A stretch of 14,430 nt of DNA from Lentisphaerales bacterium (GTDB taxonomy: Bacteria; Verrucomicrobiota; Kiritimatiellia; SPBP01). Below are positions 6,021 to 12,128 of the stretch, in pieces (the stretch's first letter is position 1; each line of letters opens with the position of its first letter). The DNA lies in NCBI GenBank assembly GCA_032123355.1, contig JAQBFM010000150.1, forward strand, positions 1 to 14,430, read 5' to 3'. The notes beneath the pieces are model-generated. The model saw only the letters and a list, made by a program, of their open reading frames with translations. It made no database searches and was not told the DNA's origin. The translations under genes and the position numbers were made by a program.

Positions 6021-8081
6021 TCAGTCCTTCAGTTCAGCTTCCTCTACCCCGTCGCTCACTTGTTCGGGCGTCGGTGCACCGTTGTGCGCTCCGCCTCCTG
6101 CCATGTTCAAGAAGTGCCGGGTCAGGATCGACGCCAGTCCGTCGAGCGAACCACCGTTCCCCCCGGCAACAAGCACCTCCGGAACGAACTTGTTATTACT
6201 GTCCGCAAGTGCTCCGGCCACGTTGACCAGGGCCGTAGGTGCCTGTCCGAGTGCATCAACCTGGGCCTTGTAGGATTCCGCTTTTGCCATACCGATTGCC
6301 CTTACGCGCGCACCGTGCGCGGCACCGGTCTTCTCAATATACTCGGCTTCACCTGACGCCTCGGCTTTGCGGGCCCTGGCATCATTGCTCTTGATGTCGA
6401 TGCTGACCTGTGACTTTGCCAGATCGTTCTGCATGTCGGCAGTACCCTTGGCCCTCTCCGTATTAATGCGCGCCATCTGCGCTTCTTCCTGCCGTTTATA
6501 CGTGGCCACTTCCTGGTTCGCTATTTCGCGCTCGGTCAGCACTTTGACAAGTTCCCCGGGCAGGACAACGTCCTGGATGTAGACTCCCGGAGTCTCCACC
6601 TTGTACTGGCCAAGTTCATGCCGAATATGGTCCAGTGCTTCGATCTGAACTTGCTGACGAGTCTCTATGAAACGAATCGCCGGCATGCTCTGCAACTTGT
6701 CGCGGAAGTGGTTACCGACGGCGGCCTGCAGGACCTCATTAACAAGATTCTGCATTGTACCGACCATTGAGATCACCCAGGGCGCCTGTGTGTCGGCCAC
6801 ATGAATCTGGACCTGTAAGTCTATCGAGAACTCAAACCCCTCCCGGCTCTTGGCCAGAATCGGTTTCAGCTGCGCGTCCAGATCGTGAGCGTGCGAGACT
6901 GCGTCTGCCCAGTTCAGCGTCAGAATGGCAGTGGGCACGAGTTCCGCCTGGTATATGTGCGGATTGATGGGGTATTTGCCTGTCCTGAGCGGTTCCCGCC
7001 AGATGCCCCTGTGTCCCGGCCTGACTAACGAGCCGAACTTGAACTCCACCCCGGACGTATCCTGGGTCACCAGGCCCACATACGATTTCACAACGGCGAC
7101 CTGGCCCTGTTCCACAACGAGCATGGGAACGCGTTCAACACTGACAAGAAACGGGTTCAGGTTGTATGCACCGTAGAGCAGTGGATCATGCTGAATCCCG
7201 ATCCGGCCGCCGCTATCCAGGAACGCCTGGAAATCCTGGTAGTTATTGTGCTGCCCGTTCTTGCTGCCGAGGATCGCCTCAATCAAATTGTGATCCGCAG
7301 CATTCGGATCCTTTTCCATCTCTTCGATGTCTTTGAATCCCCCCAACCGGCTGGCTATGTCGCCGGGTGACAACGGATCACCTTCGTATGTCGTCACAAG
7401 TCCGATGGTATCCATCGTCTTACCACCTTCGGTCTTCTCCGGTTCGATACGCAGAACCCTGAGCTGCTCGGGCCGCAATCCGAAAGATGTCGGGGACATG
7501 CGTTTCCTGCCACTCGCGATCCCACTGCCTGTTCCCGCCGGAAGTGCCGGGGGAAGGGCGTCGTCCAGCTGAGGGCCGGCGAGAAATCTCAGATCCTTCG
7601 TAATCGGCACTCCGAATACTCTGCCTTCTGTGATGACGAGAAAGGCGATAGGATGAACGGGAGCCAATGTGCCCGGGGGCAACACGGGCCTTTGCACACC
7701 TTTCTGGCCACCGTTCTTAACGAACGTGTCGAGATCGCTGTAGTTTCCGAATTCTTCTCTGTATACCGCCGACTTCGCACCGGTCGGCAGAGGCTGTCCG
7801 ACCTGGGCAACAACGACACCTATGTTTCCGGCGGCGATCTGCACCCAGGGGTGCTTCTCAACCTTGTAGACAATCCATAGCTTGAAGCGCCAACCCGGCA
7901 TCAAGAGCTTCGCCTGATAGCCGGCTTCCCCCTTGAACGCAACAGGGCTATCGCCCATCAATCTCTTGAACGAGAACCGCTTTGTGACCAGCCCAACCTG
8001 CGTCGGTCCAATGATTCGAATGGACGGGATGATCAGTACTCCCAGAACCGCGATTGTTGCTATTATTATGATCGTCGTCAT
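6021..8081 (-). CDS. Flotillin-like SPFH/band-7 membrane protein of the YqiK/FloT type, about 685 aa. It has an N-terminal TM helix, a double SPFH region and a coiled-coil Ala/Glu-rich C-terminus.
   Basis: MTTIIIIATIAVLGVLIIP...PTQVGLVTKRF matches the YqiK-type N-terminus. A long EA-rich coiled-coil follows (KRQEEAQMARINTERAKGTADMQ...). Start 8081 is preferred over the ORF-track start 8198 because of the GAGGAAGGG RBS and the sigma-54 promoter at 8149..8163, which lies downstream of 8198. Confidence 0.8.
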   Translation of the reverse strand: MTTIIIIATIAVLGVLIIPSIRIIGPTQVGLVTKRFSFKRLMGDSPVAFKGEAGYQAKLLMPGWRFKLWIVYKVEKHPWVQIAAGNIGVVVAQVGQPLPTGAKSAVYREEFGNYSDLDTFVKNGGQKGVQRPVLPPGTLAPVHPIAFLVITEGRVFGVPITKDLRFLAGPQLDDALPPALPAGTGSGIASGRKRMSPTSFGLRPEQLRVLRIEPEKTEGGKTMDTIGLVTTYEGDPLSPGDIASRLGGFKDIEEMEKDPNAADHNLIEAILGSKNGQHNNYQDFQAFLDSGGRIGIQHDPLLYGAYNLNPFLVSVERVPMLVVEQGQVAVVKSYVGLVTQDTSGVEFKFGSLVRPGHRGIWREPLRTGKYPINPHIYQAELVPTAILTLNWADAVSHAHDLDAQLKPILAKSREGFEFSIDLQVQIHVADTQAPWVISMVGTMQNLVNEVLQAAVGNHFRDKLQSMPAIRFIETRQQVQIEALDHIRHELGQYKVETPGVYIQDVVLPGELVKVLTEREIANQEVATYKRQEEAQMARINTERAKGTADMQNDLAKSQVSIDIKSNDARARKAEASGEAEYIEKTGAAHGARVRAIGMAKAESYKAQVDALGQAPTALVNVAGALADSNNKFVPEVLVAGGNGGSLDGLASILTRHFLNMAGGGAHNGAPTPEQVSDGVEEAELKD

Positions 8082-8148
8082 GTCTATGCCCTTCCTCTCA
8101 TTTGCATTTCCGCCGGCCTCATGCAGGCGATGCCTGACCATGCCTATT

Positions 8149-8163
8149 GCAATTCGCATGCCA
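8149..8163 (-). promoter_or_regulatory. Sigma-54 (RpoN) -24/-12 promoter on the minus strand, cTGGCATgcgaaTTGCaat, with GG-N10-GC spacing. It sits about 56 nt upstream of the flotillin-like start codon.
   Basis: The reverse complement of 8146..8166 reads ggcTGGCATGCGAATTGCAAT. This fits the consensus YTGGCACG-N4-TTGCW with one mismatch (T for C). Confidence 0.5.
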
Positions 8164-8314
8164 GCCGGCACTACAAGGCCATAACATGTTGTAACCACAA
8201 TACTTAGCCCAATCGTCCGCCATTCACATCACGGCCCCAAACATAGTGATAACTCTCATTATAGTAGTGAATAGTCTCACATTCAGCTTTACTGACGGTG
8301 AGCGGGGTGGTTTG

Positions 8315-9718
8315 ATGGTTGGAATGAGTCGACGATTTCTGATTCTGGATACACCTGACGAGGCACTCGAGTGTCTTGAAGACGCGTTCCGTGAGGCCTG
8401 CAAACGGAACTGCGAAGTTGAGCGGGCACTGTCGATTGCCGAACTGAAAGACAAGCTGCGCAGCGGGCTTCCATGGGATCTGCTGATCGCCGACTACGAG
8501 CTTGGCGACGGGAAGCTTATGGGGCCGAAGCTGGTCAAAGCCATTCGCAAAGCCTGTGGGGATCTCCCCTTTATTGCGGTAGCGGAACATGCTGACGTGG
8601 ATATTACCTCCCGGGCAATTCAAGCGGGGGCCAACGATTTCATGGTCCGTTCCGGCAAGCTGTCCGACAGGATCCGCACACTTCTTGACAAGATCGGACC
8701 TCATCTCAGCTTGATAAAGAGAAACAAGATGCTTCAGGAGCAGAACATGCTCCTTCGAGAAGCAGCCAGCCACGGAGAAGGAATACTCGGAGAATCGCCG
8801 CAGATCCGTTGCGTAATTGATCGCATATCCCGCGTTGCGGGAATTCCGCGGCCCGTTCTGATAACCGGCGAGCGTGGGACCGGCAAGGAACTGGTTGCCA
8901 GGGCAATTCACGTTGCCGGTGGCGAACCAAGCCGGCCGATGATCTCGGTAAACTGTGCGGCATTTTCCGACAATCTCCTTGAGAGCGAACTCTTTGGCCA
9001 TGAGAAAGGTTCGTTTACAGGCGCGGACAGCCGTGTGCATGGGAAGTTCGAACTGGCGAGCGGCGGCACGTTGTTCCTGGATGAAATCGGGAACATGTCA
9101 CTTTCCTTCCAGCAGAAGATTCTGCGTATGGTTGAATATGGGACCTTCACCAGAGTAGGAGGGTCCGAAGAAATACGTGTGAACACCCGGATCATTGCGG
9201 CCAGTAATGTCAACCTGAAGCAACGGATGGAGGAAAACCTGTTCCTTCGCGATCTATATGATCGGCTCAGCTTTGAGATCATCGATGTCCCCCCACTGAG
9301 AGAGCGGGAAGGAGATGTCGCCATACTTGCTCGTCACTTCCTGACCCAGTTCATGCAGGAAATACCAGCACTACAGGGCAAGCGGCTCAGCAAGGCTGCT
9401 ATTGATGTGCTTGAGAACTACTCGTTCCCGGGCAATATCCGTGAGTTGAAGAACATTATCGAACGGGCGGCGTACAGAGACACCACGAATGAGATCACGC
9501 CGGAAGACATCGGCATGCTTCCTCACGAACGTATCGCGGTGAAAGGCGAGACTTTTCAAGACCGGGTAGAGTGCTTCAAGGAAGAGCTTATTGCGAATGC
9601 CCTTGATGCGGCAAATGGCAACCAGGCAAAGGCGGCCCGGATGCTTGGCCTTTCGTATCATCAGTACCGTTATTTCCTGAAGAAGTACGAATCGCGTAGC
9701 GCCGAGCAGAAGTCTTAG
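8315..9718 (+). CDS. Sigma-54-dependent transcriptional activator (NtrC-family bEBP). It has a receiver-like N-terminal domain, an AAA+ sigma-54 interaction domain and a C-terminal Fis-type HTH.
   Basis: Walker A GERGTGKE, the GAFTGA-type loop ESELFGHEKGSFTGA, Walker B LFLDEIG, and the C-terminal QAKAARMLGLSYHQYRYFLKKY HTH are all present. The receiver has D in DLLIADYELGDG. The start is taken at ATG 8315 (GGTGG 4 nt upstream) rather than the ORF-track 8246, whose N-terminus MITLIIVVNS is implausible. 8324 is also possible. Confidence 0.85.
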   Translation: MVGMSRRFLILDTPDEALECLEDAFREACKRNCEVERALSIAELKDKLRSGLPWDLLIADYELGDGKLMGPKLVKAIRKACGDLPFIAVAEHADVDITSRAIQAGANDFMVRSGKLSDRIRTLLDKIGPHLSLIKRNKMLQEQNMLLREAASHGEGILGESPQIRCVIDRISRVAGIPRPVLITGERGTGKELVARAIHVAGGEPSRPMISVNCAAFSDNLLESELFGHEKGSFTGADSRVHGKFELASGGTLFLDEIGNMSLSFQQKILRMVEYGTFTRVGGSEEIRVNTRIIAASNVNLKQRMEENLFLRDLYDRLSFEIIDVPPLREREGDVAILARHFLTQFMQEIPALQGKRLSKAAIDVLENYSFPGNIRELKNIIERAAYRDTTNEITPEDIGMLPHERIAVKGETFQDRVECFKEELIANALDAANGNQAKAARMLGLSYHQYRYFLKKYESRSAEQKS

Positions 9719-10090
9719 GGACAGACCTGGCGCGTGGTGGCAAGAGCAACCACCTCGTTCACTTGTGCTGACGCACGGCTGAACGGCCTTGCGTACCAAT
9801 GGAAGATGGGGCGCAGCCAGCCAATGGGCACCGGATTTCCCAGATACCGATAGATCGGCTCGAGACGCTTGTATGCCACGTTGAGGAATGCCCGTTTGAA
9901 GAACCCGGGCTCCGCGGGACGGCATCGCTTCAGAATAAGCCGGCCAGGAGTAGAACGTCTTGTAAGCGTTGAAGTAACCAGTCTCCAGTTCCCTCGCAGA
10001 CATTCCCTTGGGCCGGTAGACAACAGGCGTCGTGTCGTAGTGCGACCAGTCGCGATCCGTAATCCTTACAATTGCTCGGAAAATAGGATG
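9715..10090 (-). pseudogene. Frameshifted C-terminal remnant of an unknown gene, convergent with the activator and ending ...ATTRQVCP* within the cttaggga module. There is no start codon after the in-frame TGA at 10093..10091.
   Basis: One minus-strand frame (10090..~9935) reads protein-like as HPIFRAIVRITDRDWSHYDTTPVVYRPKGMSARELETGYFNAYKTFYSWPAY. The neighbouring frame (~9920..9718) reads protein-like as EPGFFKRAFLNVAYKRLEPIYRYLGNPVPIGWLRPIFHWYARPFSRASAQVNEVVALATTRQVCP. Each frame is R/S/G/P-rich junk outside its own stretch. The coordinates are approximate. Confidence 0.3.
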
Positions 10091-10155
10091 TCAGAGCCAG
10101 ATCGAGCGCTGCTTCCAGTCACGAAAAGCCAACCACAGAAAGAATGCCCTTTGTG

Positions 10156-10184
10156 TTGCAAAGTGCTTTGCGGGGTGATATTGT
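10156..10184 (+). promoter_or_regulatory. Sigma-70-like promoter (-35 TTGCAA 10156..10161, 17-bp spacer, -10 TATTGT 10179..10184) overlapped by the palindrome GCAAAG-tg-CTTTGC at 10158..10171. Probable operator of the downstream operon.
   Basis: The motifs are directly visible. The palindrome centre is about 40 bp upstream of the ATG at 10205. The RBS AAGGA is at 10193..10197. Confidence 0.4.
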
Positions 10185-10204
10185 CGGTTTTGAAGGATGA
10201 GGAA

Positions 10205-10816
10205 ATGATCGCTAACCACATACATGATGCCCTCGCGCAAGTTCGAAAGTTGCAGGAGTTCATCCTCGAGAAAAGGCTCTTCAAAGGATACTCCGGCAGA
10301 GCGCGAATCATCTCGGGTGCTGCCGCGCTCACGGGTACCGTCGTACTGGCTTCCGCCCTGATACCTAAGGAGCCTCTTGCGCATGTCGTCGGATGGGCAG
10401 TCGTACTGCTTATCGGAGTGCTTCTGAATTACGCATGCCTCCTCTACTGGTTCCTCTGGAACCCGGAGGTAAGACGCAACCCGATCATGTTGAAGCCGGC
10501 TCTTGACGCAATCCCCGCTCTTGCGGTGGGAGCGGTGTTGACGCTTGTATTCCTTTTGCTTGAGCAGTATGACCTGCTTTTTGGAATGTGGATGTGTCTC
10601 TACGGTCTGGCACAGGTTGCTTACAGGCAATCATTGCCACAGGGCATTTACCTGGTGGGTCTCGGTTACATAGCGTGTGGCGCATGTTGTCTGCTTTCGA
10701 CCTCGATCTCTTTCACTAATCCCTGGCCGATGGGCATTGTGTTTTTCATGGGGGAACTGGCGGGTGGAGTTGTTCTGATGAGTCACAGAATACCAACAGA
10801 GGAAACTAATGACTGA
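10205..10816 (+). CDS. Integral membrane protein of unknown function, 203 aa with 4-5 predicted TM helices.
   Basis: ATG 10205 follows the RBS aaggatgagg. The upstream part of the ORF-track frame (9869..10204) is Arg-rich junk. The sequence is hydrophobic (VVGWAVVLLIGVLLNYACLLYWFLW, AIPALAVGAVLTLVFLLL, GIYLVGLGYIACGACCLL). The stop overlaps the next gene's start. Confidence 0.6.
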   Translation: MIANHIHDALAQVRKLQEFILEKRLFKGYSGRARIISGAAALTGTVVLASALIPKEPLAHVVGWAVVLLIGVLLNYACLLYWFLWNPEVRRNPIMLKPALDAIPALAVGAVLTLVFLLLEQYDLLFGMWMCLYGLAQVAYRQSLPQGIYLVGLGYIACGACCLLSTSISFTNPWPMGIVFFMGELAGGVVLMSHRIPTEETND

Positions 10817-11186
10817 TAAGACCGACAATGTATATGACGCGCTGGAAAAGTTATTCCACGAGCCCAATCGGCTCTCGATCATGTCGGCAGTGTGCGCTGC
10901 AGACAAGGGGCTGTCGTTCAACGATCTGAAAGCGGCATGCAACCTGACGGACGGGAACCTGAACAGACACCTGAAGGTTCTCGAAGAAGCCAGAGCGGTG
11001 AAGATACAGAAGAGCTTCGTAGACTCGAAACCGAGAACAACAATATCTCTTTCGCAACACGGCCTTGCACGATTCACTGAATACCTCTCAGCACTGAGCG
11101 AAGTGCTGGACAAGGCGAGGCGTACGATGCCCGCCGGAGAAAAGAAAGATGTACCGTTAGCAATGGGCGAAACGGTTCGAGCCTAG
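10809..11186 (+). CDS. Winged-helix transcriptional regulator of the HTH_34 (PF13601-like) type.
   Basis: LFHEPNRLSIMSAVCAADKGLSFNDLKAACNLTDGNLNRHLKVLEEARAVKIQKSFVDSKPRTTISLSQHGLARFTEYL matches the HTH_34 pattern (HxPxRLxIMSAL...LSFxxLK...LTDGNLSxHLxxLEEAGYV...RPRTxYxLT). It overlaps the upstream gene by 8 bp (ATGACTGA), which suggests translational coupling. Confidence 0.7.
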   Translation: MTDKTDNVYDALEKLFHEPNRLSIMSAVCAADKGLSFNDLKAACNLTDGNLNRHLKVLEEARAVKIQKSFVDSKPRTTISLSQHGLARFTEYLSALSEVLDKARRTMPAGEKKDVPLAMGETVRA

Positions 11187-11238
11187 AAGACTCCACAACA
11201 ACATAAGGCCCGGGTTCATTGGGCCACAATACTCTGTA

Positions 11239-11256
11239 CCGCAAAGCGCTTTGTGG
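11239..11256. promoter_or_regulatory. Perfect 12-bp palindrome CAAAGCGCTTTG (11242..11253) within ccGCAAAGCGCTTTGtgg. This is a second copy of the GCAAAG-YG-CTTTG motif, about 28 bp upstream of the Yip1-like start.
   Basis: Exactly self-complementary. It shares its half-sites with 10158..10171. Confidence 0.4.
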
Positions 11257-11275
11257 TCAGAGTAGAAAGGGCGAG

Positions 11276-12127
11276 ATGATGAATGACGATACATACAGTA
11301 GCCTGCCGAATGAGGAGCCGGACATCCCTATTGAGCCGAGCAGCTACGGGACTCCGCCACCGCCGCCACCTCCACTACAGAGCGCACGTGCTGCGCTCCG
11401 TGCAGAGAGGGAGCGAACCCATGGCATATTCGCTCGCTTTGGAGACAACTTCGGTCCACTGGAAAAAGGGCGAGGTCCTTTCAAAGTCATTGAGGCCCTG
11501 CTGAAGCGGCCAGCTACTGTTGCTCACGAGATCACGAACAGGAACCCATTCCTGATATCAGCTGTCCTTCTGATTATCATCGCGGTATCCATGGCGGGTT
11601 ATGGTTTGATCATGGGTACTTTCGCGGGCGGGGAGCAGTTATGGGCGGTGCCTGTCAAGGTTCTCATGGGGCAGCTGCTGTCCGCACTGATCTGCCTGCC
11701 AAGCTTATACATCTTCATGTGCCTGTCGGGCGGTGAGCAGTCATTCGCACAGGTATGGGGATTGTTCCTATCGGCCCTGGCGCTCAGCGCAATTCTTCTC
11801 GTGGGGTTCGCTCCCATCTCCTGGATATTTTCCCAGTCGACAAACGCGATATCATTCATGGGCGGACTACATCTCGTCTTCTGGGTGATAGGAACATGCT
11901 TCGCCCTTCAACTCCTGGAGGCGGCGTTCACCTTCTTGAACCGGCGGCGCATAGGCGTTCTGAAAATCTGGAGCGTGATATTTGTGCTGGTTGTTGTGCA
12001 GATGTGCACCACCTTGAGACCGCTCGTGGGAAACTTCCAGGGATACAAGCTTGAGGGAAAGCAATTCTTCCTGGCGCACTGGATGCAGACCGCGAACAAG
12101 ACGGTAGCGACACCAACAAGCGATTGA
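11276..12127 (+). CDS. Yip1-domain-like membrane protein. It has a Pro-rich cytoplasmic N-terminus (PPPPPPPL) followed by five TM helices.
   Basis: The start is placed at ATG 11276 (RBS GAAAGGG at 11264..11270). The ORF-track TTG at 11219 would translate across the palindrome. The topology and motifs resemble bacterial Yip1/DUF1282 proteins. Confidence 0.6.
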   Translation: MMNDDTYSSLPNEEPDIPIEPSSYGTPPPPPPPLQSARAALRAERERTHGIFARFGDNFGPLEKGRGPFKVIEALLKRPATVAHEITNRNPFLISAVLLIIIAVSMAGYGLIMGTFAGGEQLWAVPVKVLMGQLLSALICLPSLYIFMCLSGGEQSFAQVWGLFLSALALSAILLVGFAPISWIFSQSTNAISFMGGLHLVFWVIGTCFALQLLEAAFTFLNRRRIGVLKIWSVIFVLVVVQMCTTLRPLVGNFQGYKLEGKQFFLAHWMQTANKTVATPTSD

Positions 12128-12128
12128 A

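Noticed and set aside
5799-6356. Plus-strand ORFs of 185, 137 and 113 aa
   Set aside because: They are antisense to the 3' end of the flotillin-like gene and the small membrane protein gene. Composition is low-complexity (R/P/S-rich).
8204-9040. 278-aa minus-strand ORF
   Set aside because: It is entirely antisense to the well-supported sigma-54 activator gene. It has no recognisable motifs and no RBS, so it is a typical shadow ORF in high-GC DNA.
9734-9752. Stem-loop ggtgg-caagagcaa-ccacc just after the activator stop
   Set aside because: A 5-bp stem with no following T-run is too weak to call a terminator.
9371-10003. 210-aa minus-strand ORF from the track
   Set aside because: Only its first ~25 codons look protein-like, and those are used in the pseudogene call. 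The rest is antisense junk across the activator gene.
10075-10100. ctcggaaaataggatgtcagag, resembling the TSD/IR junction ctcgaaataggattccgctgaaatag
   Set aside because: Only about 10 contiguous matching bases and no partner repeat, so this is probably chance. A genome-wide search for further IS end copies would settle it.
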